The notes beneath the pieces are model-generated. The model was given only the letters and a program-made list of their open reading frames with translations. It had not been told where the DNA came from and ran no database searches. Both the position numbers and the translations under genes were made by a program. From NCBI RefSeq assembly GCF_036321535.1, contig NC_087438.1:4032001-4096000 (forward strand): DNA of 64,000 nucleotides. The letters are read 5' to 3'. This document shows, piece by piece, positions 50,340 through 62,756 of this stretch. Within the stretch, counting starts at the first letter, position 1. The number at the start of each line of letters is the position of its first letter. Source of the stretch: Camelus dromedarius (lineage: Eukaryota).

Positions 50340-52210
50340 GCTTAATGAAGCCTGTGAAAGGTTCATTGATCATATTGATTGTTTTAAAAACCAGATTTGG
50401 ATTTATAGTTTCATTTCAGTTATTGCTTTCATTGTTTCAAATTGCATTGTTTCTAATACCCTTTTATTTATTTCTCCTTGATTCTTGTTTGTATTTTTTG
50501 GCTTATTTCCTAATTTATTGAGATGAACACAAGTATTTTTTATACATAGTTCCTCTTCTTAAATAATGGTAGCAATCAGTATATATAGCATTTATGTTTG
50601 CACCATAGGTTTTGGTATAAAATGCTTTTTTATTGCTTTCTAAATAATTTTAATTTCAGTTTTAATTTTCTCTTTAATCCATAAGGTATCTAACATGGCC
50701 GTTCTCAATATCTGAAGAGTCAAATTTTTTTCCTTATCATTTATCATTTATTTCTGACTTTCATTAGCTTATAATCAGAGAATGTGAACTAAAAAAAGAG
50801 CCTCTACTTTTAAAATATATAAGCTATGGCTTTTGTAGCTAAGTACATAACAATTTTATAAATAATCCATATATAAACATACAGAACACTCCCCAAAGAA
50901 TGTGTTTATCTCTATACACTTACTATTTATTTACACATTTATAAGTTTTAATTAACTTTTAAAATTAATCTATGTCCTTATTATTTTCCTAGGGGAAAAT
51001 CTGATTGAGTGATGTTTATAAAAGCCTTTCATCATGTTATTATGTTTATACGTCTATTTTTTTTCTATGTTGTTTGGTGTATTAAGGTTTATTATTGATA
51101 TATTTTATTCACAAATTGGGACTTTTGCCACTGGTACAATATCCCTCCATATTGTTTAGAGTCTTCAATATTAAATTCTGCCCTATCTGATGTTAATATT
51201 GCCTCTGTAGCTTTCTTGTTTCTTGTTCTCAGTCCTCACATCATTGGTTGCTAATATCAGTGGGTAAGAGTTTGACAAAAAACAGGATATGTTCATGGTC
51301 TCAAAGCATCTCTCCACAAATGACAAATTACAAGTGTGAAAAACAATAACTTCATGATGGAAAACTCTGGTGGACACCACTTTAATGGCATCATCAAGGA
51401 TATTTTTACAAACAAAGAGATTAGGGGACATCCTGTGGTCTTGATAAAATGCACAGGGAACGATACAGCATTGCTTCTGCAATATGGCTGCAAAATGCAG
51501 AATCAGCTAAGTCTCATAATGGTGACACGTTATGCAAAACCAAACTGAAGGTCACCCTACAAAATAACTGACCTGGATTCCTTAAAAATGTCAGTGTCCT
51601 GAAAGCCAAAGGAAGGGCGAGGAGTCCTTCCAGATTATATATGACAACGGAATGGAATGTGTGATCCCAAATTGGATCCTGAACAGGAAAAATTTGCTAT
51701 AAATTATATTACAGAGACAACTGATGAGATATGATGTGAAATACAGCTTATATATAAAACAAGGTGTGAATTTCCTGATTTTGACACTTTTACTGTGGTT
51801 TTTTAGAGACTACCCCTCTTCTTAGGGAATTCATACTGAACTATTTAAGAGTAAAGGGTCACCATGTGTGTAACGTACCCTCAAATAGTTCAGAAAAATA
51901 TTACAGCTATTAGAGAGAGGATGATAAAATGCATGCGACAAAGTCATAACAGTTGGTGGTCCTGATGAAGGTTATACAGGAAGTTCTTTATAACGCTTAC
52001 ATCCTTTGGAGGTTGAAATTTTACCCAATAAAAAGCTTACTGAAAAAGAGAAAAATTTACGCATTCTAATGGATTTACTTGATTTTATTCCCTCCATCTC
52101 ACCTAAGTTTAGAGCTTTATGTGCTGTTTTCCTTTTTTCTTTTCTGCATTTTTGTTGTTTGAGTCAACTGGCCACAGCTTCCCTTTTCATCTTGGTTATT
52201 TGGTTGCATC
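50340..52210 (-). mobile_element. Ancient antisense L1ME interrupted at ~51245-52030
   Basis: CCATAGGTTTTGGTATA; TTATAATCAGAGAATGTG; TATCTGATGTTAATATTGC..GCTTTCTTG. Confidence 0.65.
51245..52030 (+). mobile_element. L1MC-type 3' UTR
   Basis: AACCAAACTGAAGG..CCTACAAAATAACTGACCTGG..AAAAATGTCAGTGTC.TGAAAG; AATTTCCTGATTTTGAC..TTACTGTGGTT. Confidence 0.8.
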
Positions 52211-52309
52211 TGTGTGTTTCCCATTTCTACCGCTGGACAAATTCTACTTCCCTGTAATCCTGGGTGATTAGTGAGAGCAACAGACCACCTATCTGTCCAC
52301 CTGAGGCAC

Positions 52310-52678
52310 AGTGAGTGGTGTCCTTCTCCACCCACCGCCGGAGACTTAGAGACCACATTTACCTCCTGTTCCTAACCTTGTGTTTCTCGTCCTAATCAAG
52401 GTCACCTCTGCTCCCAGGCACTGAGCTGGGGGTCTCCTCATCGTCCTCACCTGCACTTCTCCCCTCAGCTGTTCAACACCATGTTCTGCAAATTCCACCT
52501 CAGTATCACTCAGCAAAAACCACTTTTCTTCCCTTCCGGGGCCAAGCCCTCATTCAGGCCCTCACTGCTGTCCCAACATTCTGACCTGTTCCTTCCGGTC
52601 CATGCTCCATGTGGTCCCAGTTAGGACCTGTCAGTGACTATCTGCCCATGCCACTGCCTGACTTTAAACATCAGTGGG
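52310..52678 (+). mobile_element. L2 fragment (continues briefly after 53330)
   Basis: Pyrimidine-rich CCATGTTCTGCAAATTCCACCTC...CCAAGCCCTCATT...CCACTGCCTGACTTTAAA. Confidence 0.55.
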
Positions 52679-52833
52679 TCCAGTAATCCCACTCCTGGGC
52701 ATTTATCAGAGGAAACTCTAATTTGAAAATATACATGCACCCCAATATTCATAGCAGCACTGTTTACAATAGCCAAGACATGGAAACAACCTAAATGGCC
52801 AACAGATCATCCAACGGATAAAGAAGTTGTGGC

Positions 52834-52878
<45 letters not shown>

Positions 52879-53328
52879 ATGGAATACTACCCAGTCATAA
52901 AAAATGAAATAATGCCATTTTCAGCAACATGGATGGACCTAGAGATTATCATTCCAAGTGAAGTAAGCCAGAAAGACACGTACCATATGCTATTGCTTAT
53001 ATGTGGAATCTAAAAAAAGAAATGACACAAATGAACTTATTTACAAAAGAAAAACAGACTCAAACATAGAAAACAAACTTATGGTTATCAGTGGGGAAGT
53101 GAGGTGGGAGGGATAAATTGGGAGTTTGGGATTTGCAGATACTCACTACTATATACAAAATAGATAAATGACAGGTTCTTACTGTAGAGCACAGGGAACT
53201 ATATTCAATATCTGGTAGTAACCTATAGTGGAAAAGAATATGTATGTATAACTGAATCACTATGTGGTGCACAAGAGACTAACACAACATTGTAAACTGA
53301 CTATACTTCAATGAAAAATAAAAACTTA
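52679..53328 (+). mobile_element. Young L1 3' end with internal (TAGA)11
   Basis: CCAGTAATCCCACTCCTGGGCAT...GCAACATGGATGGACCTAGAG...GTAAACTGACTATACTTCAAT + A-rich tail; same family as the 5391 and 62757 copies. Confidence 0.92.
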
Positions 53329-55591
53329 AATTCAATGCACCGTCCATAGGTCATGCGGGCCACCCCCTCCTGCTGTGGCTCGAGGTCCTGCTGCTCTGGG
53401 CCCCACGACCCTGGTGCTCCCAGAGCCTCCATTCTTCAAAGTCAGCTGGTGTGCTTGTTGGAAATTCCGTCCTCCACTTCTCTATCTTTCAGCCCCTCTT
53501 TACCCTGCAGTGTCTCAGTCAACTACCCCCCACCCCCGGGGAGCTCTCCCTGGGTGTCCCCCGCAGAGTGGTCACTTCTGTGCCCACTCTTATGTGTACC
53601 GTTCGTCATCTGGAATTGCAGTGATGTGGGCTCCTCGCAGCAGAGAGCATGTCCCATTAGCCTCGGCTTCCCGGCTGCCTCAGGAGACAGGGAGTGGTCA
53701 GTGACCACAGGCAGGAGCAGGCGCACCGGAAGCGCTGCGGGGCAGACTCGGGGGGCACTGGCCTCGCAGTGCTCCCGTGGGAGGTGGCGTCAGCTGGGGT
53801 GCTCGTGGGCTCCCCTAGAGCCTGCCCTCACCTTCCAGGCAGCCCTCAGGGAGTGCCTCCTCTTGCCTCCTCCCATTTCATTCACAGCGACAGCGGGGCC
53901 CAGAGGGCTGCCTTCTTGGTAGCCACAGTGTTTGTCCTCCTTTCACAACAGTCGCCTGAGGAAGGGGATGAAACCGGGCTCACGGCAACTGGCAGGGCTG
54001 CCACATCAGGCTGGGGGACGAGGGAGCGGGAAGAGACCCCAGGCTGGCTGATTCTGCCAGTTGCCCCCACCAGGGGGAGAAAGAGAGCTCTGGGGAAGAC
54101 CCCCGGATGGGGGCAGCCTGCGGTATGATGATTATGAACACAACACGCCAACAGCAGTTTGCTGCTGATTCCAGCCCAGGACTTGCCAAGCTTGCTGTAC
54201 GTCCTGGGGTGTCCATCAAACCCAAATCAAAGAAAACAGCAGATCGCGTTTCAATAAGTTAAATGAGATTAAAACCAAAAACCCCGCAGAATGATGTAGT
54301 GATTTATAATTTGAGGATACAAAAGAAGAAGGAGAGGGGGCAGGTTCTTAATGGAGCTCCGGATGCCCATTAAATGTAGGAAAAAGCCATTTCCATAAAT
54401 TATGGAAATGCACACTGGCCTCAAGTGCCTCCCATTTTCATATTGTTTTGCTGCCTTAATGGCAGAGGCTATTTTTGTAACATCTGCTTTTGGCGACCCT
54501 CCCTTTCTGCCGGGCTTCATTAGAAATGCAGTGGCTCTCCGCAGCGCGGGCGGCGTTGTCAGGAACTAGGCTGTGTGTCACTGCGTTGATGTCTGAGTTG
54601 AAATGGTTTATCCACAGCGCATGTTATGATGTGACCTCGAAACAATATCTGGATGGTGTGACAGTGAATGCGGTGCGTCGTATGGGTGGACATGTCTCCG
54701 TGAAAGGCCAGAGGAGGGGCTGGGCGAGGATTCCCAGGGGCTGTGATGCGATGGCACATGGGGGGACGGTACGTTTGCCATCTGCAAGCAGTGTGAATGC
54801 AAAGGGTCAGACAGAACGAAATTTTAAGGAAAATCTGAGTTTATGGACCAAAGCAAAGATACTGTATTTCTTCAAGCTACAGCACACCCAGAAATTAACC
54901 CCCAGCCGCCAAATGCTGAAATGCCAAGATAACCATGGTGGACGTTTAATGACGAGCTGCAACGCATGGCAGGCTTCCGGCGGTGGAGCTGTGGGGGAGC
55001 GTGCATCCTTAGGGGCTGCCGTTCGTTACAGCAGCAGGTGCTGAGCTGCACCCTGGCTCCAGGGGTCTTAGGTGAGCAAGACAAGGAGGAGGAGGAGAAA
55101 GGACAGTGGGAGAACAGAAGCGGGAGGGAGCTGGGGAGCAGGTAGGAAGCGCTGGGCCCAGCCCCTCCACTCTCTCTAACAGGACGCACAGGGTCCCAGG
55201 TCCCCAGCACTCACGGGAACACTGACCCCTCAGCCTCAGAAAGGACCCGAGACACACGGCAGGAGATGACTCCTTTGAGTCCCAGGGAGGTGTGCTTGCC
55301 TGTACGCTACAAGCGGTAGCTCATTCTGAGTTCTAGATTTTTGTAGGTCTTTGTATCTTTATCTTTCCAAGTGTGTCATGTACCTGTTTGAACAACAAGA
55401 GAAAAAAAAAATTGAGAATGGTAACATTTTTGTTTTCTGAAGAAGTGAGACCATTAACGTTGCCAACTCTCTAGGCTGCCGACTGTAAAACACCTAAGAC
55501 GGAGTCAGAATAAACACTCTTTTTGTTTCATTTCCTGATTTCCCTGCTGCACTTCTCATTCTCTGCTCCTCCATTTTCAAAGTCATCCTCT

Positions 55592-55622
55592 CACATGCGC
55601 GCACGCACACACACACACACAC
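55592..55622 (+). repeat. (CA)n/(CG) alternating tract
   Basis: CACATGCGCGCACGCACACACACACACACAC. Confidence 0.85.
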
Positions 55623-58600
55623 TCCCCCTTGTCTCCTCTTGTCCAGCCTGACACGTCCTGGTGCCTCCACATCGCCAGGCTCGTCTGGGTGCCCGGAGAT
55701 GACTGGGGCTCATTTCTGTTTGAGCTCCTGAAGAAAGAGAGAACGGAGACTCACTTTCCCAGCTTGGATTCTGGCCTGGCCGTCCTGCCCATCTTGTCCT
55801 AAACTCCGAGGCTTGGTTTCTTCTTGGAGAGCCCTGAGCGCAGCCCCGGGTGGCTCTGCATGGTGGCGGCGGCAGCCTCCAGCCCGGAGCGAAACAGATC
55901 TGAGGATGAATCTCCCCGCGGCTTCTCACTTAGCTCACAGCTTGATGCCAACGTGCTGCTGAGTGAAGCGTTTCCAATTCCCTTTCCAGTCCAGCCAGGA
56001 AGGCCCCTCAGGGCAGCAGCGCAGGGCGCGACAGGAGTGTCTCGAGTCCCTGATGCAAGGGGTGACCTGGGGAAGTGAGCTGACCCCTCCAGATCCTCCC
56101 TCATTAAGGAAGAAGAACGACAATGTGTACCTCTGCTCCTGAGCAGCTAAAAGCACTGGCAGGTCAGCCTCCTGGACTGGGAGGCCAACTGCAACTGCAG
56201 CGCAGCAGCCAGACTGCTCGGTTATGTTATAACCACCTGGTGTCACAGAACCATTTTGAAGAGAGTTTTAAATGAAGAAAGTGAAGTGCCAGACATCAGG
56301 GAGACTGTGCTCCCCTGGAAAAGCCCTTCCCGCTCATGTTTCATGCTTCTGAGGTCTGCACATCCCCTGGGGAACAGACAGATCTTAGCATCTCATCGCT
56401 AAGAACATGTCTGTGTGCTTCCTCTGGCTCAGGGGAGGTTGAAGCAAAGCCACGTCCACAGCAGCTCAGAGCCGTGGAAAGGCAGCACCATGCTCTCCAC
56501 ACAGGTCCCAGAGTTTTCCTGGCTCTGTAGGTGGGAGGTGACCTGTTCAAAGCTGGCATCCAGAACAGCTTTCTTCTCTGCAGCAAAGATGCCCGTGAGG
56601 CTGCCCTGGGGTGTGTGTGGGTTCCCACAGACACACAGTGATTGGAGGTCTGCCGGGGCAGCAGCTGCTACTCTGAGCGTCATTCTGCTGCTCCTACAAA
56701 GCCCTTTGGGACACAGAGCCATCCCTCCATGGGGAGCTCCCAGAAGTCAGGCCTGGAGTCCCAGGTTCGTCTCCTCTGTCTTACTGTGAGGGCAGGGGAG
56801 GTCGCCCTGGCCCAGAAGCCCCAGCAACTCTGCTCCAGAGAAGACCTGACCTACTCCAGGTCACCCACGTTCCCTGGCCCCATCAGGCTGCCCTGGCAAA
56901 TGTGTGGCCTGCAGAAGCCCTGCCTTAGCACCAGGATCTGGGAACATCAAAGCGAACCCTGGTGCAGACAGAAGAAATGGCCCTGGGCCACTGGGTACCT
57001 CTCAAGACTACTGCTCTCAACATCCCACCTTTGGACACATTCAGCACACTCAGGTCACGACGATCCCCCGTGAGTGTTTGCTCCCCAGGCTGGTGCTCCC
57101 TGCAGCCTGGGGTCATGTCAGTGCAGGCCCCACGCAGGACATCCCCCAGGACAGCGAGGTGCACGTAGAGATGCTGCAAAATGGCTGGCAGACATTCACA
57201 GCCACTTCTCGTCAGTGTGAGCTGTGTTTCCGTGCACGTGGGTCACAGAAATAACCGGAAATAAAGACTGGAAACCCTCGGGGGGTTTCTCGGACAGGCT
57301 GCAGGTGGTTCCCTGGGAGCCCGGCAGGCACAGGCGCTTCTTTCCTTCTTTTTCTGTACCTCTGCTTCCTCCTTCTCATGAAAGGCCCATGTTTACACCT
57401 GGATGTCGTACAGGCCTCTCCCATTGCTCTCGCTCACTTCTGTGCCTTTTCGTCCATCGCACCTGGGCCTTGGCAGGTGAACTTCAGAACGATGGGGGGT
57501 TTTGTCTGCAGTCACACCCTGCCATGGCAGAGGCCACATTGGGGGGACATATCCCCTTGCCCTTCACTCATCTGAGGACCATGATTGTTCATACATTTGA
57601 AGACAGAATTGCAAATGGCTCTATTTATATTCGCATACACACAGAGGCAGAACAACTTTTACCACAACAATAAAAAGAAATAATAGAGACTCTGTCAACA
57701 AGAGTTCTTTCAGTTTTATAAACAGTTGATGAAGAAAAGTACACAGCTCTCCATGCGCTCTTGGTCCGCTGTTTCCAGACTATTCATAACAGCCACATCT
57801 TCTGCACTTTTCTCAAGAGTCTTAGAAAATACGTAAACTCAGTTTTCAAGAGTTTATTTCTTCCGCTCAGACCTTTGCTGCGTCAATGCCCGGCTGCTCA
57901 GGCTTGTCTGGGCCACATTCAGCCTTGCTTTTTTGTTCTTAGTAAATGATCATTTGGACAAACCAAAGCTGTACCTCTGGAAAAGCCCGATTAGAGAGAA
58001 TATTTTTTGATCCCTGTTTAAATCCAGAGGAGCTCCTGGCTGGGAAGTGGACAGTGCTTTGGGATGGAGACAACTGGGAAACGCGTTGGTCAAAAGCGGA
58101 ATCCACATGAGAAGTGACTGCGGGTGTGACTCCACACACTGAGTCGGGGAAAACCAGGAAGAGGTAAATGACCCGCAGTCGTGGGGAGAAGTGTTTATGG
58201 TGGTGGCGGGGCTCTGCGTCACCGCCAGCTCCCAACACGTCACGTCACTCACCGTCACCGTTACCAGCTGCAGTCTCTCCTTCTCTCTTCAAGCACTTCC
58301 TGCTCCCCTGAAAAGGCAGCGGGCAGCCTTTCTAATCCCTCACATGCTACTTTATTCTTTGGCTCCTTTTAAATATTTTCAGGGGAAGTCTTTCTGGGGC
58401 TGCAGAAAGATGAGAGGGAGGAAGCTGGTGACAAAGTGTCTTCTCTCGTGGTGGGAAGGGCAGGCTTGATGGGGTTCAGACTGGACTCCCAAGGCCACAC
58501 CCTGAGGAGGTTTACCTTCTGCAAACGTCCCTCGCAGTGTCCGGTCTGGGTAGGAGAACCAGGGATCCAGCACGGCGCCGCGGCTCCCCTCGGCATCCCC

Positions 58601-60927
58601 TGGTCTTGGCTGCTTCCAGCCAGCGAGGCAGTGACCAAGGCTGTGTGGTTTGCAGCCAGTCTGCCCCAGGGGCAGCCTGGAGGCCCCTTTCTTCAGCCTG
58701 TTCCCACTCCCCCCATGCACAGCCCCTGACCCCTGCCTGCCCCGGCATTTCCCTGGAGGCACTGCGGCCCCTGCCAAGTACCACCTGAAGTTCCCAGTGG
58801 GAGGACTGTGTGAGGTGGGCAGCTGAACGCCCTCCTCTGGGGCAGAGTCTTGGAGATTCATGACTGACAGAAGCCCTGGACATGGAGTAGCAGCGTCCAC
58901 GCAGCCCTGCCTCGCGCCCCGTAGCCCTCCCTCCAGTCCCTTGTTAGTGGCACTGCTTTAAGCCCCTGGCTGTGCCTCCCGGGCGTGAGCTGGAAGCATC
59001 AAAGTGGGCAGCGGTGTCAGCACTACCTGCGTACTTGGCAGAGTCTTACCTCCAAGAGATTCATAGCAAGATTGTTTTATCACAAACCTCTTCCTAGTCA
59101 CTAAAAAGTCTTGCACTTAACTTTCTATCACGGTGACAAGCGCTGATAGCATGAGGCTCATAAACAGTCACTTTTTACATAAATCACGTAGCAAGGAGTG
59201 TCTGACGGCTCAGACCCTGAAGCGTCCAGACAGGAAACAGACAGTGCAGAGCAGAGCACAGCCGTGTCTCCCCTAGATTTGGGTCACAGATTTAGGTGAA
59301 GGTGGCTCAGAATTGCGTATTAATTTTAAAGAGATGCACTTCCCTCTGGATTCTCATTGAGCTCATGGCCAGTTAAGCCCTTTGCTCATTTTCCTCTTTT
59401 CCATGTGATCATCAAGACAGCTTTTCCCAAACTGTCCTTGTGGAGTTTGTCTGTTTACGCGTGTTAAATTGCAGAAACCAGTTACCCTGGATTGTCTGCT
59501 GTTGCACAAACGAGCCCTTCTTATGTGGCCAAGTATCTGAAAGAAAGAAAAGAGAACTAAAATATTCTTCCTTCACTGCACACCTTTGCCCTACAGTGTT
59601 TATCACAGGCTTGGTGCTCCTCAAATGTGTAAGAAAAAAAAGTTTTGACTAAACCATTTTAAAATTCTGCATTAGGCTAACAAACACTGTCAAAACATTA
59701 AGATCTTCTCTGAGCTGAAAATGTCAAGCTACATTTATCTCTTTCTCTCTTATGAGTTCTTCAAGTTCATTTAGCCGCCAGCATTTAACATCATTTTGGT
59801 GCTTGTCTTTGGATTACTTGAAAATAATGCAATCCAAATAAACTCAGCTTACATGTTGCAATAATTCAAAGGAGATGATGTGTTTTACCAGACATCATTC
59901 TGACCTAATGTGATGTCTGCGTGTACACAGTGTGGTTGCTCCTGGGGTGCACACATGCTCTCAGCAGCTCCCCTGCGTGTTGATTACCCAGGGGAGTTCC
60001 GATCGCACGTGGCCACACAGGTGGCTACGTGCAGAGATTGCCCGATTGAATAACCTCCACAGACACAACTCCAAGATCAGCTGATCACAAGTCCCATCAG
60101 ACCCCCTCAGGAAAGCCCGAGAATTCCAGAGGGGAGGATCCATCCACGCACAGCAAGAACCCAAATACACCCCTCAGCTGCTGTAAGAAAAGGCACGTGA
60201 CTGTCCATGTTTATTCCAGCGCTGCCAGCTTAGCGCTCCTAAAAGCTGAGGACCCTCCTTTGCAATTTTACGCCATCAAGTTGGAAGTAGAATGAATAGC
60301 CAATCACTGAGATCAGGACATGTGTTGAATCTCACCAACTTGAGACCAGGGGTAAGATAATTGATGTCTTCTGCCAATTGCGTAAATGAATTTTATCCAA
60401 TTTTGCAAATAAAATAACAGATTTATTCCAGAAAAATACCAGATTCACCCAGTATGATCAGGAAATGAAAAATTTCATTCTTCAGTTAACTGAAGTGCAT
60501 CTCTTCTTAAACAAATATTTCTTTTCATGTTTTTTGAATATTTATCTCCAAAAATGCAATATGCATTTTCCTGTGTCTTAGACAGAAGCTGTTGAACTGG
60601 CTTTTATGTTCGAAGTCATTCGGAGCCATGACTGCTGTCTGGCCCCCCCAGCCTCTCATCCTCTGTCAGGTTGTCTGTTATCCCTTCCCCGCCTTTCAAC
60701 ACGCCGCCCTCTAGTAGCCGCCCAGTTACCACTGGCTCGGTGCTTCCGGCCGGCTTTGAGCCAAGGTTCCAGACCTCGCTGCAGGTTAAGCATGGCTTAC
60801 TAAGCAGGATTTGACTAGAACCTGGGTGAGCGCTCGGGCTTCTAGGGAGCTGTTTCAGAGAGACCAGAGGTCTCTTTGATTATTTTCTGAGTAAGGAGGC
60901 TGGGAGGACCTCCAATTGACAGGGTTA

Positions 60928-61105
60928 CTCTAAACTACTGGCCATCAACCTTGACTATACATCTGAGAAGTTTTAAGAAATACTGGTGCCTGGTTCCCCC
61001 TTTGTGTGATTATAATTTAATTGGTTCAAGATGCAAGCTGAGCATCAGGGCTTTTTAAAGCCTACAGAAAATACAATATGCAGTCAACTTTGAGAACCTT
61101 GGTGC
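60928..61105. mobile_element. MER5A-like hAT MITE
   Basis: AAATACTGGTGCCTGG.TCCCCC...TTTAATTGGT...GCTTTTTAAAGC...AATATGCAGTCAACTTTGAGAACC. Confidence 0.7.
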
Positions 61106-61171
61106 TGAAACATGTTGAAAAGCTTTTGCCGATAAGGGTCACTTTGGTCTGGGGTAGCGGTTCTTCTTCAC

Positions 61172-61619
61172 GCGTCTTACAAATTGAACCATGTTCTCCC
61201 CACCAAAATTCATATGTACAAATCCTAACCCCCAATGGCTCAGAAGGTGACCTTATGTGGAAACAGAGCTGTTGTGGAGGTAGTTAATAACTATTAGATT
61301 TTATAAAAAGGAGAAATTTGGTGATTTTATAAGAAGGAGAAATTTGGACACAGAGACTTCCATGGAGAATGCAACCTGGAGATGAAAGCAGAGATCAGGG
61401 TGATGCTTCCAGAAGATGAGAAAGGCCAAGGATGGCCAGCAGACCCTAGAGCCCAGGTGAGGGGCTTGGAGCAGATTTTCCCTCACAGCCTCAGGAGAAG
61501 TCAGCCCTGCCGACACCTTGATCTTGGACTTCTAGTCTCCAGAACTGAGATGATAAATGTGTGCTGTTTAGGCAACTCAGTTGTAGGACTTCGTTATGGT
61601 AGCCCTAAAAACTAATGCA
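61172..61619 (+). mobile_element. MLT1C-like solo LTR
   Basis: CCAAAATTCATATGT..ATCCTAACCCCCA..GTGACCTTAT...CCCTGCCGACACCTTGATCTTGGACTTCTAG.CTCCAGAACTG...AACTAATGCA. Confidence 0.88.
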
Positions 61620-62756
61620 GTAGGCAAGGCTTCAAACCCTCAGAATTTACATCTTAAATGTGCATGAGACACACTTCTTTACAGAGCATCTGCTATAGAC
61701 AAGACCGAATGGAGGCATTGAGAGAAGATGCTGCAGGTTCAGGAATAAGAGGGGAAACTTACCTGGAAGTGTTCTGGAAATTATTCTGAAACTTACCTGG
61801 AAATGTTTGTCTCACAGAATCAAGTCTGGGTGCTTTGCCAACAGGCTATGCACAATGAGGGTGAGGGCTCCAAACACAAGATCACAGCAACCCTCCTTCC
61901 TTCGATGTGCACGTGCGAATAGCACGGAGAACTCTGTATTTAACAAATTCACAGTCACAAATGCAAAACGTACAAAAATTTGCACTGCAAATATTCTCAT
62001 TGCAGATGCTGCATTTGCAAGAGTTTCTGTTACTTTATAAACTATAATCCCACAAAGATGTTATGAGATCAAATAGTATCAAATTTATTTCATTTTAGGA
62101 TCAAAACTCAAAACAGTATTTTAGACTACTTATCTCTGAGAGAGAGATAATTGGTGTCATTCCTGGTGTAACCACTGGTCTTTAGTAAAATGTGATTTGT
62201 GAGGATGCTTCTACTTGTTCATGCTTTGTGGAAATGAGTACATAGATGCAGTTTCCAGTTGTCTTTGAATAAAACAGGAACTGCTTTGGGGAAATTAAAA
62301 TAAAATATTTTTCCCAAGGGAGAAAGAGAAAAACCAACATTTTATAAGCAGCAATACTTTCATTATTTTCTCTGGGTGTTTTATTATATTACTGATAACA
62401 AAAGATGTTGCTGAAATCCAAATAATGTTATTTTGTAGTACTTGCTGCTACACTTTTCCAAACATTTAATTTGAATGAAAGGAAATGCTAGAATTGCTAA
62501 GAGAGGTGAGATCAGGAACCTTGCAATGTGCTAATTCCTGGACTGGTGGCTCAGCTCTCCTACATCCCAGGGACATGAGCCTCTTCATTGGAAGAGAGAA
62601 TGTCGCCTGTCCAGGGTGCAAGGGAATAAGTCAGAATTGTGAAGGAGACAATACTACACAGTCCGTGATGAAATAAAGTAAATTATAGACACCATGATGA
62701 TCAGGATTTGGGTACTCCTTGACCTTTACCTGAGTAATTTGATGTAAGGTAAAATT

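Noticed and set aside
52662..53340. TSDs for the L1 at 52679 (and the one at 62757)
   Set aside because: Only weak similarity (TTAAACATCAGTG vs TTAAATTCAATG); none evident for the 62757 copy, so not claimed
53353..59000. Dense overlapping ORFs on both strands
   Set aside because: Expected from stop-codon scarcity in GC-rich DNA; no consistent frame or known protein; CpG density does not look like a true CpG island
61754..61802. U1 snRNA pseudogene (ACTTACCTGG)
   Set aside because: Match ends after 10 nt; the U1 continuation CAGGGGAGA is absent
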